This document shows positions 24,835-37,359 of a DNA stretch of 40,526 bases, in pieces; within the stretch, counting starts at the first letter, position 1; every line of letters starts with the position of its first letter. The stretch spans positions 1 to 40,526 of the forward strand of contig NW_021835491.1 of assembly GCF_006345805.1 (NCBI RefSeq), given 5' to 3'. The translations under genes and the position numbers were made by a program. The notes below the pieces were generated by a model, which worked only from the letters and a program-made list of their open reading frames with translations, ran no database searches and was not told where the DNA came from. Source of the stretch: Octopus sinensis (lineage: Eukaryota).

Positions 24835-26016
24835 TATGGTAACATATTAATTTACAGATAAAGTTTCTCTATTTACATAATATTGAGGTCTCTTTCTTTC
24901 TTTTGTTATCTTACCGTTTTTACCAATATATATATGTATATATATATATAATATAATAAATCCTATTATAATACATATTTCAATCGATCCAACAATGACT
25001 TTGAAATGTCAACCAAATTTTCTAAAATCATTTCCTACTTTTTAAAAGTATAAGGACGTACACTAGAATTTGTAGTTCTAGATTCGGGGTAAAAGACGGT
25101 CGTTTGATAACGACTGGAACAGCATTGATCTGATCGATCAAGGCAACCCTGGGGTCTTCACAACAGTATTGTTACAACTAAATCGATTGATATATTGAAG
25201 TGACATATCCAAGGTATATCTAAACCAGAAGCATATCGTGATATCTTTCTTAGAAAAAGAACTGTTGACAAAATATTCTTATTTCTCTCCATGACTTTTC
25301 TCTCTTAACCTGAAAAAAAACCCCAAAAAAAACAAAACATCAAAAAAACAAAACCAAAGAAACAATATTTATTCCTGTAAAATTCTTTATCTAATCCTTG
25401 ATTCTTACCAAACGCTCTGCTTGCAGTAATACATTTTCCATTACATATATCCCATTCCGTTGAAGAAAAAAACAAAAAACCAAAACCTTTCTGCCTTCTA
25501 TATAAGTAAATAATCGGTTATAAAAGAATGTTCGCTTACGATTGGAGACAATACGTTATTCTTTATTGTTAGACTTAACTTACCATTTTTATTACCTGAA
25601 ACAGGATCCTTAAGTCCTTCTAGCTAATCCCTGTTTTCATGCGACGCTGTCATAAAATTGAAATAACTGAAATATTCTCTTAAAGCAAAGTTTCTTGGAG
25701 ACACCGAAAATCCCTTTTTTTTTAAAAGTTTCATGCAATACCATTCCATCGAAGAGAGAACCAGTTTGTATCAAGAACTGGTTTTATCTATTTGTCACAT
25801 TGTTTATGGCAGCTTCACTGTACACACAGAGACAGACAGACACACACACACACACACACACACAATACGTACAAATATATGTATATTTCTGTATACCTAC
25901 TTCTATCAATCTATGTATATACAGTATATATATATATTGACCCTCTCAAGATGCAACAATATATATATATATTGGAGAGACCAGCCGTGATAGATATTTA
26001 ATACTATACATTTCGG

Positions 26017-26056
<40 letters not shown>

Positions 26057-26631
26057 TTTTTCACATATTACACAGTTTACAATATCCTGAGTTCAATACT
26101 CAATAATTAGGTAGTTTTAGAAACACGTAAAAAGGTATTTACATAAAATTCAGTTCATTTACTTATTTGTTGGAGGCCATTCTCCAGAAGGCGGCCAGTA
26201 ACCGGCAATAAAACGAGTCAAGTAGCAATTATTACAAAATCGGAAAGAAAAAAGAAAAGAAAAGAAATCCCATGTAATGAGCAGATGCCCTGAGCATCAT
26301 AAAACGATGAACGCAAGATTTAAAAGACTAAAGATTATATTTATTTGAGAAGCAAAGAAGAGGTGAGAGAGATGATAGGATAAAGTAAATTTGTAGCTTA
26401 GAAACACTACGGACAGGAGGGAGATAACAATCGAGAAAGGATGGGAATTAAGAGAAAGACAAACCATTCGATTAATTTAGTTTTACGAGGTTGTACAAGA
26501 GAAGCAAGCTCGGCAGAGCAACAACCGCAGAAGTATCTATTGGGTAGAATCAACGACTGAATGCGCTGGCGGGAAGAGAAGCGTTGAGCTAAAAATATTG
26601 TACCGTTTAAGTCTATATAAACCTATTTCGT

Positions 26632-27013
26632 GGAGGCGCAATGGCCCAGTGGTTAGGGCAGCGGACTCGCGGTCATAGGATCGCGGTTTCGATTCCCAGA
26701 CCGGGCGTTGTGAGTGTTTATTGAGCGAAAACACCTAAAAGCTCCACGAGGCTCCGGCAGGGGATGGTGGTGATCCCTGCTGTACTCTTTCACCACAACT
26801 TTCTCTCACTCTTTCTTCCTGTTTCTGGTGTATCTGTGTTTCAAAGGGCCGGCCTTGTCACTCTCTGTGTCACGCTGAATATCCCCGAGAACTGCATTAA
26901 GGGTACACGTGTCTGTGGAGTGCTCAGCCACTTACACGATAATTTCACGAGCAGGCTGTTCCGTTGATCGGATCAACCGGAACCCTCGTCGTCGTAACCG
27001 ACGGAGTGCTTCC
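26632..27013 (+). mobile_element. tRNA-derived SINE, head 2 + tail Y
   Basis: Head TGGCCCAGTGGTTAGGGCAGCGGACTCGCGG..GGTTTCGATTCCC. 16-bp TSD CTATATAAACCTATTT at 26613-26628 and 27014-27029. Confidence 0.93.
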
Positions 27014-27105
27014 CTATATAAACCTATTTAACGTAGAGCTTCTGGTACGTATTCAAGTATACCAAATAGGTAACGCCAAAAGTTTAGTGTCTTTGAAGGT
27101 AATTT

Positions 27106-27434
27106 GGATCTTTACTCTTTGAACGGCAGATCGAGAAATTAATTTTTTGTAACTAAAGACTTTCAAACATCGGACACTGGTGCTGATGAGAAAAGCATGT
27201 TGTCGACAAACAACGGCAGTAATTTTATTCAGCTGAATACACGTCATTGATTGGTTGAAATTACCGAAATACGACTACTTTAACACGAAATAACTTTGAA
27301 AATATAAACTTTTCTCAATAACACTAAGCGTAAAAGATGTGTTATCTGAAACATTCTACCAGTGTCCGAAGTTTGAAAATGTTTAGTTACAAAAAAATTA
27401 ATTTCTCGATCTGTGGTTCAAAGGCAAAAAAATC
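27106..27434. mobile_element. MITE / non-autonomous DNA transposon with ~75-bp imperfect TIRs
   Basis: 27106-27181 is the reverse complement of 27358-27434 (core GATCGAGAAATTAATTTTTTGTAACTAAA..GGACACTGGT). No ORF inside. Confidence 0.75.
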
Positions 27435-27655
27435 CGGTAATTTTACTTTCTTTCTCAGTTTTAATTTAATTAAAGTCGTTCTAGATATTTGCTTTGCCTC
27501 AATGTATTGGCACTCCCTTCTCACTACTATCGCCGTCGGAATGACAGTGAATTAGTGACTGGTGATGTTGGAAACACGTATCCAACTACGTTAGTATTCA
27601 CTTGTCGGGTATTGAAATATCTAAATAACACACACATACACAGACACACACACAG

Positions 27656-27722
<67 letters not shown>

Positions 27723-27994
27723 AACAAACATATAAGCACTTAAACGTAGTAGAAATAATCAGATATGTTCAAAGCAAGACTTTAGTAACAAGTGTTTAAA
27801 TATTCGGCCATTTTCCAAATAGATTAGGTTTCTGTGAACTGCGCGGCCTCTTTTTCACCTCATCTGCTGCATAATCAACACATTCAATATAATGGATTAC
27901 AGCCAATAAGGCGTAGTGGTGGTGGTGGTAGTGGGTACTCTGCTACTGGATGTGGTAAAAATGACAGCCAAATCTCTCTCCATTTCGACATAAA

Positions 27995-28470
27995 GATTCC
28001 CAGACCAGGCATTGTGAGTGTTTATTGAGCAAAAACACCTAAGCTCCACGAGGCTCCATCGGGTGGTGGCGGTGGTGGTGATGAACCCCGCTGTACTCTT
28101 ATGCTGTACTCTCACAACTTTCTCTCACTCTTTCTTTCTGCTTCTGCCGCAAAGCAGAGGAACCATGGTGTAACCCACTATGGTGTGGTAAAACTTTCAG
28201 ACCCTAGTCTAGATTGCGAATCCTCTGTACCCCAGGATGGTTCAGCTCTCTACCCGTTAAAACCCACCGTTTACGGAATGAGGGTAACAACGTAGCTTTC
28301 GCACCCGTGCAACCGCCAGTCTATCGCGTGTGGTGGGTGGATCTTCAAGTTGCCACACGCAATTTTTAGTAGCTTAGTGTAGGCTCGAATTAGAGATTGT
28401 TCTTTGTGGCTAATGGCGTGAGTCCTGATTGGAAGAAGAAGAAGAAGAAGAAGAAGAAGAAGAAGAAGGA
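27995..28470 (+). mobile_element. SINE head 2 + tail Z, 5'-truncated
   Basis: Colinear with 12470-12930; (GAA)n end. Confidence 0.9.
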
Positions 28471-28921
28471 AAAGTAGACAACAGCAGCAGTAACAGCAGA
28501 AGCAGTCGATAATAGGACGCAACTCATCTGAGTTCGAGACAAAAAAAGAAAAAAGCGTATAATGTACACCAGTATAGTGATGCAAGCAGATATTCAATAA
28601 TTTCGCACCTGTAATCCGAGATAATCTATGTCAGTTTTGCTGCAGACAACAAACTTCTTGCTTTGCCTTCCAGATATTATACATAAAAATGTTGTGCTAT
28701 TTCAATTCGTCCATACTGGAAAAGTTTCAAGCCACTCATAGATTTATTAATATTTTTTGTTAACCAGCCACAGAAAACTATCAATCATTCTTATGTATTT
28801 TTTTGTGCTATTTTACACAAATATAGCGATGAAATCGCAGACCAATATTGCTTCTCGTGATATGCTTTTGAAAAATCACAGTTCGTTGTTGAGGCTGTAA
28901 TTGATTTCATATATACATATA

Positions 28922-29319
28922 TTCTTTTGTTCTTTTACTTGTTACAATCATTTGACTGCGGCCATGCCGGAGCACCCCCTTGAAGGGTTTTCAGTCGAAC
29001 AAATCGACTCCAGGACTTATTTTTTAAAAATCCTAGTACTTATTCTATCGACTTTTTTTGCCGAACAGCTAAGTTACGGAGACGTAAACACACCAACACT
29101 GGTTGTCAAGCGGGGACAGTGAGACAAACACAGAAAACACCACACATATAAATACGACTGGCTTCTTTCAGTTTCCTTCTACCAAATCCAATCATAAGGC
29201 TTTGGTCGACCCGAGGCTATATATATAGAAACACTAGCCCAAGGTACCACGTAGTGGGACTGAACTCGGAACCATGTGGTTGGGAAGCAAGCTTCTTACC
29301 ACAGAGCTATGCCTGCGCC
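28922..29319 (-). mobile_element. SINE family B, full length, diverged
   Basis: Reverse complement of 1327-1742. Confidence 0.85.
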
Positions 29320-29701
29320 GTGGAGGTGCAATTGCCCAGTGGTTAGGGCAGCAGACTCGCAGTCGTGGGGTCTCGGTTTCGATTCCCGGGCCGAGTGTTG
29401 TGAGTGTTTATGGGGCGAAAACACCTAAAAGCTCCACGAGTCTCCGGTAGAGGGTTGTGGTGAACCCTGCTGTACTCTTTCACCACAACTTTCTCTCACT
29501 CTTTCTTCCTGTTTCTGTTGTACCTGTATTTCAAAGGGCCGGCGTTGTCACTCTCTGTGTCACGCTGAATCTCCCCGAGAGCTACTTTAAGGGTACACGT
29601 GTCTGTGGAGTGCTCAGCCACTTAGACGTTAATTTCACGAGCAGGCTGTTCAGTTGAAGAGATCAACTGGAACTCTCGTCGTCGTAACTGACGGAATGCC
29701 A
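29320..29701 (+). mobile_element. SINE head 2 + tail Y
   Basis: TSD TATGCCTGCGCC at 29308-29319 and 29702-29713. Confidence 0.92.
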
Positions 29702-29717
29702 TATGCCTGCGCCTATG

Positions 29718-29774
<57 letters not shown>

Positions 29775-30423
29775 GTGTATGTGTGTGTGTGTGTGGGCGT
29801 ACTAGAAGAATACCTAGTGTAGTCCAAGCTGAAAAATAGCTATAAATAGTCTAGATTTCTACATAGTGAGGAATAATCGGCTTAATAGTTCACACTTGAA
29901 TATATCATGGAAAGTTTCCGTTCATTTAAGAAATGAATTTGCTTTCTACTTCGCTTATAGCAGTCTCGTGACCCTGCACTAAGCTGCAGATACTCACTCG
30001 ATATTAATAATACGTTTCGAAAATTAATTGTGTAAATTACATTTTAATTGAAGCATTTTTAATAACACGGTATTAAAGTAAATGTGAAAACAGTCATATT
30101 TCACTTGAAACTATTATTGATATTTGCTTCGTTTGTATTCTTGAAATTTATCAACTCTTAAAATAATTTGAAAAATGAGTAGAAAACGGGGTGTCGGAGG
30201 TAAGTCTCTCTTTGTAATAAAACCATTCTTATAACGACAGGGAACCGAAGAACCCAGAAGAAAAGCGACTTAATAAAAGACTGGAAGTGCAATATATGCT
30301 GTGTTAAAGAAATGTTACTAGTCGTCACAATGAATCCCAGTTTATTATGATGGATACAGGTTTCATGTAAGATATAAGACCTGTACCCATCATAGCTTCG
30401 ACAGTTCTGTATATTATTGTGCC

Positions 30424-30813
30424 GGAGGCGCAATGGCCCAGTGGTTAGGGCAGCGGACTCGCGGTCATAAGATCGCGGTTTCGATTCCCAGACCGGGCGG
30501 CGTTGTGAGTGTTTATTGAGCGAAATCACCTAAAAAGCTCCACGAGGCTCCGGCAGGAGATGGTGGCGAACCCTGCTGTACTCTTTCGCCACAATTTTCT
30601 CTCACTCTTACTTCCTGTTTCTGTTGTACCTGTATTTCAAAGGGCCGGCCTTTGTCACTCTCTGTGTCACACTGAATCTCCCCGAGAACTACGTTAAGGG
30701 TACACGTGTCTGTGGAGTGCTCAACCACTTACACGTTAATTTCACGAGCAGGCTGTTCCGTTGATTCGGATCAACCGGAACCCTCGCTGTCGTAACCGAC
30801 GGACTGCTTCCAA
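30424..30813 (+). mobile_element. SINE head 2 + tail Y
   Basis: TSD ATATTATTGTGCC at 30411-30423 and 30814-30826. Confidence 0.93.
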
Positions 30814-31157
30814 ATATTATTGTGCCAGTAATTCAGGTTAAACAATGATTTGGGTTTTACAAGCAGAAGCATAAATAAATTATAATGCCTTCCAACTCAC
30901 AAGGCTTTGGTGTCCTACAATGAAGAATTCCTCGAGCTGCAGTCTTAGAGTTGCCAATATTTGATCTTGGAATTTATTGACTGACATGACAAAGTTTATC
31001 CAAATTTAGGGGATGTCTCCAAAAGTGAAAGGATCCATTTGTTGGTATGAGTTGGTTTCAGGGTAAATTTGCATTCTTAATGGCACACACTGAGTATAAT
31101 AGTCTCTATGATTGTGGTATACTTTTCTTAACCATTAATACTGAACCTCTGCAAAGT

Positions 31158-31409
31158 CTAAATTGAGCCAAAGACTCTGTTCATCAGATGCTGGATGAAT
31201 GCTGGCGTGAGAACGCAGCCAGAACTCCCGTTGTGTCTCTTCCTGCTGCTCACAGCTTCGTAGTAGCTGTCTATGTCACATCTCACAGCCTTTACAGTGT
31301 TCACTGAGCATTGAGCAAAGGTCATAATGTTGACATTTTGATACCCAGCACCGATCATCATGATACAGATTACCCTCTTCCAGTATTCGGATGGCTTCCA
31401 GTCCTCCAT
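31158..31409 (-). pseudogene. Tc1/mariner-superfamily transposase N-terminal remnant
   Basis: MEDWKPSEYWKRVICIMMIGAGYQNVNIMTFAQCSVNTVKAVR..RKRHNGSSGCVLTPAFIQ has an HTH-like pattern (IxxxAQCSxNTVxxxR) plus an RKxH..S..VRT-like linker typical of such transposases. The frame dies at 31158. Confidence 0.5.
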
Positions 31410-31534
31410 GTCAGCTAATTCTTTCTCAACTACAACTCTAACCTTTATGTTTCCAAAGGCATTGACTGTTCACCGATACATCAAGCTGTTCTTGAAAGAA
31501 ATAGACATAAATACCGTGAAATTTAGCCCGAACA

Positions 31535-31655
31535 CCGACCGATAGAATAAGTACCAAGAGTAATAAGTACTGGGGGTCGATTCGTTCGACCCAAACCCTT
31601 CAAGGTGGTGCCATGGCATGGGCGCAGTTCAATGATTGAAAGAAGTTAAAAATAA
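31535..31655 (+). mobile_element. SINE family B, degenerate 3' fragment
   Basis: GACCGATAGAATAAGTAC..GGGGTCGATTCGTTCGAC..GCATGG..GCAGT. Confidence 0.65.
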
Positions 31656-32709
31656 ATGAATGTATACGTATATAAGTATGTATGTGCATAAGGGGAGATA
31701 GAAATAGTTGTAAGGCTGTGGAAATCGAACGCAGTCCCTGCTGTATACTATAAAGATTTGCGAATCGGTGGAGCCTGAAAAATCGGTGCGTAGAGCAAAA
31801 AATATAGAAGTGTTTTCTTCAGTAGTTATGCCTACTTACAAGACTGATAGGTTTTTACCACTGCACCTTGCATCAGGAAGGGTAGAGAATAACTACCCGT
31901 CTACGTCGTGGTGTTTAAAAGATGCTACTCCAGTCTGGCCGTTGTCCAGTAACTAAAACCATTAGAAGAATATATAATGATGAACGTTGCAATGGAAACT
32001 GTCATTTTATGGCCATTGAGTCTATCAATTTAGAAATCTGTGAATGTCATATATTATAGAGTATTTAGCTAACGTTGGCAGAAATCAATACTAGTACAGA
32101 ACACTAACGTAACAATTGTGAAATTGACAGCGCTGTCGCTTTTTATAGAGGTAATAAAGAACAGATAAGATACTATCACATGTAGTACTATAAAGGTAGG
32201 CGGGTTGAATTCTTGAAAGTTAAGTATGTAGAAAAGTTTAAAAGATAATAGGATTTTCTTTATTTTAAATCCAATCTTTCGTGTTTCTTATTTCTAGTCT
32301 ATGTTAGTTAAAAGGTGACATATCTCCCTCATGAGGTCTTTATGTTCCAACAGAAAATTGAATTCTTCTTTGGGGGAAAGAAAATCTGTCCAGTTCTTGT
32401 TATAAGAAAAGCTTACAGCCAAATAAAGTGTTGTTATAAGAAACAGAGGAGAAATGATACAAAGAGTGACTGTACTTATCGAATTTTCTGCAATAACAGT
32501 TCGATCGGAATATTTTTCTACAGTCATCAGGTCTTTCCTGTTTTATTTTATTTATTCCATATCTTATACAAAATACTCTCACTTTCTCGATAGAAGAGCG
32601 GATTTTCAGTGAATAAACGGTGTAGGTGAGTACATAACGCATCTGCACAGAAACTTTATCTCACCTTACTACACGGAACACAGCTTTACAGATTCCTTCT
32701 GATCCACCT

Positions 32710-32746
<37 letters not shown>

Positions 32747-35700
32747 TGGTTTTTTGCTTTATGTTAAAAAAAAATCCTAAAAAGCTCAAAAATATAACCT
32801 TGTGTTCAGCATGAAGCTTGAAATATGTTCTATGTAAGATAAGCATTGATTACAATTCCAGCGCAAGGTTTGCTTTTATCAAGAGTTCGAACAAACTTAA
32901 TGAATAAGTATCAGATTTGAAACAAGCATTAGGGTCGTTTAGTTCGGCTAAACCCTTTCAGCATATCCCCTTCATATGTACCAAGGACGAAGCTGATTAG
33001 GGTTACCGTTCTGAAGTGGTATATCTTATAATCCATATTTTATACATATTGATATAATAGAAACACACACACACACACAGCATGATGGCCCGTTTTCGGC
33101 TCCCGATTGTAAGGTTGTGGTTTCAGTTGCTGAACAGGCAGTGTGCCTTCTCTTTGTACAAGGAATCTCATCTCATATTGGTCCATTCTACTCAGCTGAA
33201 AATGACTACTAGCACACCCCTGCTGCAACCCCTGTCTCTACAGTTACCACATTGTCGAGGCTGTGGTTGCCTTATGTGACAATGTTTTATCATTGTCATA
33301 AAAAAAAAAAACTTAGGAGTCTCTTCCCGCAGGAACATTTGGTTAATTGAGATATTTGGACCTTCATCCACCCTTAAAGTGCAAGCAGATTTTTAAGCGA
33401 TTGTAGTCTCAGTTGTAGTATTTGGTGTGAGGAGGTTCGGAAAACCTTAACATAAATCGATTAAATTTACTCTGGTCCTTAATATTACCGACTACGTAAC
33501 TTAAAAGAGTAAAAGGTCACTACTGCGAAATTTGAGCTCAGAATATAAAGAGCTGTAATAAATAGAGCGAATCATTTTGTCCAAGAGTTCAATGATTCTG
33601 ATAATCTATCGTCTGTGTTTCTCACATAATAAATTGATTCACAAATGGAAAAGTACACTGCATAAGTGCATGAGATACACACATACACGTAACCTAGGAA
33701 CTTGTTAACATTGGATCTCTACCAAATGATATAAATATCAATGTCGAATTTTTTTCTTCAATTTAATCTCTTATACGATTTCGTTTGTAAATTTATTGTT
33801 TTGAATATCTTTTCAAATATCTAATAAGATTTGATACCACTTATTAAAAATACACAACAAAGGCAGGGAATATAATTAACATCGCCCGCTTAAATAAACC
33901 ATCTTAGAATATTTATTGAGTAAACGGTGACTGAATATTTGGTCTGTTCATAAAAAGAATCTCGAGTGAAGGGTTGTAAATTAGATGCCATTGAGAAAAT
34001 AACTGTAAAGTTGTTGTCAACAACAATAAAGGGAAGAAAAAAATCTAAGGAGACAACAGGTCTGTGAGTAAGTGTCAAACATTTTTATTGAACCCAAGTT
34101 GATTCCGACGCCGCGACTAAGATTTCAGATTTAAATCAAACCAAATAACATTGTGCTTATCAAAGGCACTAATAAAAAGACTTATAAAATAAGCAAGATG
34201 TTCTATTGAGATTGATTAATTGATGCTATTTGCATAAACATTTCCAAGTCTTACTTCTATCCCCCCCTCCAATTCCTGATAGGATTCAAACCAATGATCT
34301 ATTGATTTTTGTTCTGCTGACGTCAAGAATCGACTTGAGAAAGAAATTCAGTGAATACGAAACTTATTTCGGGTTGTTTGGGAGAGTTTCTGGATTTTTG
34401 AAGTAATTGAAGGGAAAAATTGATAAATTAATATACAGTTCTCTTGTTTATTTTAATTTTATTAAGTTAATTAAAATATCAAATAATTTCATTTACGATA
34501 TTCAACTTTGTTTTCGTTTTGATTAAACCCTACCCAGAACTAGCTTTCAGAACCTCTCATTTTAACGTTTTGTGTTTACATTACCTACAAAAGGTGAACC
34601 CCACCCCCTGTGTAGAGATATACATGGAAGTACGCAATCATTAATGAAGTGGAACCCGATGTGATTTGAACTCAGATGCAAGGACTTCAAAATCTAACGC
34701 GTTTTAGGTTTCATTTTCTCGATTAGTGTCCGTCCTCCTGACACGCCTGGATTACTTTATCGAAATTATTTCCCATATCAAACTTTTGTATAACTCCAGG
34801 TGGTGATTATTTTATGTCAGTACCGAATGAGTCTTTCCACCTTCTTCAGATTTAAGACTATATATGGTGTCCATAAGCTCCCTACTTTAATGAAAATCTT
34901 ATGCAGTGTCAATAAAGTTCTTATATTAATGAAAATGCAGGATTTATGTTAACATAACAGCAATTAAAATGACTAGTACATGGAGGACCTGCCCTTATTA
35001 GGTTTAAAATGGAATTATCGGTAGATTAGGTGTGGGTTTAACGGTACATGGCCACTCTGATGACCAGTTTCTTTACAAAAAGGTTTTATGTCAAATTACA
35101 AGTCTACGAAACAAGACTACTACCCTGCTCAAAATACTGTAAATATCCAAGGATGGATTTTGGAAGGCGTTGCATTGTGTAGAGAAACTGTTGGCAAACA
35201 TATCGAACCGTATTCTTCAAATAGTGCTACTAATCTTCAATTGTTATTTTTGAAATTTCAGTTGGTTTTAAACGGAATGGTTATTATATACGAACACCTT
35301 GATATATTCAACGGGTCCTTATTTCAAGAGAACAAGTATGTAGTTTAAAATGGATATTTGACTATTATGTGACAATGATCAGATTTTATACATCGCAAAG
35401 AGCGTCTCACTCGCTCCCAGGAGTTTAGAACAATTTCACGAGACTAGCGACGGAAATTGGTGGAAAAAAAACTAGAAATGTATTCTAACCACAAACAAAA
35501 TATTTTCATAACATTTGAACTTACGAAGCAAAAGCGACATTTCTTTGAGGCAACTGAATACCAGCGGATAGTTATGATGATCTCATGTGCATTGTTCAGC
35601 GGTGTAGGGGTTCGGCAAATGTTCGTTACTAATCACCCTTTGGGGGTCACCGTAAACAAGTGAAATACATCGAACCACAATTATACGAATAGCAATAACG

Positions 35701-36505
35701 ACCAACTCGTATTGAAATGAACCCAGAATGGGGAAGTAAAGTAAACCGCACTATATTCGAACCAAGAGCGTTAGGAATTGTGTTCGACTCTCTGCCGACA
35801 CTGCCAGCTTACCTCTTTTAGTTGGTCACTAATATCGAACCAGTGAGGGAAATTCTACATGCGACTTCACTTGCTAGAAACAGGAGTGAAAAATTCTCTC
35901 CCAAATCATATTCAACCGTCTTGATAAAAATGGAAGTGACAACTCGGGTAACATCCTGAATATTTCACCCCCCGTCCATTTGCTGTAGGTACGGTTTCGA
36001 CTGAGAATGCAGCCGAAAGTTTGGTTTCGGATTTGATTATTGGTCGAGGTCATTCGAGAATGGAAATACAATTACAATTAAAAAATGACAGAACAAAATG
36101 TTACAAATTTTAAGTTAAACATTTACCGTTTTTATTTTGAAGGAAATGGCGAGTGGAACGGTTATATATGGTATAGTTATATAATGGTTATATATGGTAT
36201 AGTTATATAATGGTATACTTAGTGGCGAGATGAACACGAATATAAAAACATATAAATATAAAAATTGTTTTAAAGTCCAACTAGTTCTTTTCAAGAATTC
36301 AATGGAGTGGAATCTGTAGTTTAAAGAACGCAAACGAATTATACGAATCACAAACGAGAAAGATCGATTCTTCTTCGGTCTGAACGAAATGAGGGAAAGT
36401 AAAGTCAATGTCGGCAGGTTTTAGCAACCAGAAGGACTGGAACGGAATACAAGTTATTTGTCCAACCCTCTTACAGCCCTGCCAGTCTGTCACCGAAGTT
36501 AACCC

Positions 36506-37359
36506 CTAATACATAGGACCAATGAGGGGAACCCCTAAGTGGTGGTACAACCTTCTAGAAATAGAAGCGAAATCATACCTAATTGGCGCCATATTGGTGT
36601 CAAAAGGCGGAAAGAGTAAATCTCGGTACGTCTCATGAAAAAGCTGAATAGTACTTAAGGTCCAGTTGTCAGGGTGAGATTCCAAGTGGTCGACTATTAA
36701 TGGAGGAAGAATGTGTCGAGTGTTCCAAAGAAAATTTATGCATTCCTGAAAAGTGATCATCATATCTTCGATATCTTTGTGGACTGAACTCAGCTGCGCT
36801 TTACTTAAGGCTATTGTGATATTATTTGAACGGATTTCTTGGTAGTAAAGGATTTCTTCGAAGCCTGGATGAAGCAGCCTGTTCCGAAACCGTTCCCAAA
36901 TTCGATTTCTAATGAAGTCAAGAATGTCCAACTTTAAATACACCAAAGTGATCGTGCATACATTATGTTTTGGGTGAAGAATCTGCTGCGTAATTCGACG
37001 CATGTGATTAGATGTTCGCAGGATCACAAATTCGGTGAGGTCTAAAATACTTGGAGTACAATTGAGATCGGAAGGGGGGAGATATAGAAAAATATCGGTC
37101 AGCAAATTTCTCTCGAGTGTACAATAATAGGGCGTGTTGATTAACAAATGCAAAATGGCGAATTCTATGGTTTGAGTCAGTGGAATGTTTTCTTCGTATT
37201 TCAATTGATTTAAAGAAGCCCTCACTTCATTAAAACCTCTCTTGAAATTTTTGGACATTGCTAATAATACATATTCAAAATAACCAACTGGTAACGGAAA
37301 CGGACCTTCCAAACTTGTTTCTGCGCCGTTCCTTTCTAAACACGAAGACATTTTCCTCT
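36506..37359 (-). CDS. Terminal coding exon of an unrecognised (orphan) gene; 281 aa from ATG 37351 if used alone
   Basis: Over 840 nt open frame in non-repetitive sequence with protein-like composition. Acceptor AAACTTGTTTAG| at 37360. AATAAA on the minus strand near 36132-36137. Confidence 0.65.

Noticed and set aside
26632-26705. tRNA-like sequences here and at 1327, 2387, 10290, 12412, 20125, 29322 and 30424
   Set aside because: These are A/B-box SINE heads continuing into SINE bodies, most with TSDs; they do not close a proper acceptor stem. Not tRNA genes.
36160-36215. 26-bp tandem repeat (GGTTATATATGGTATAGTTATATAAT x2) in the putative 3' UTR
   Set aside because: Simple slippage duplication with no further structure.
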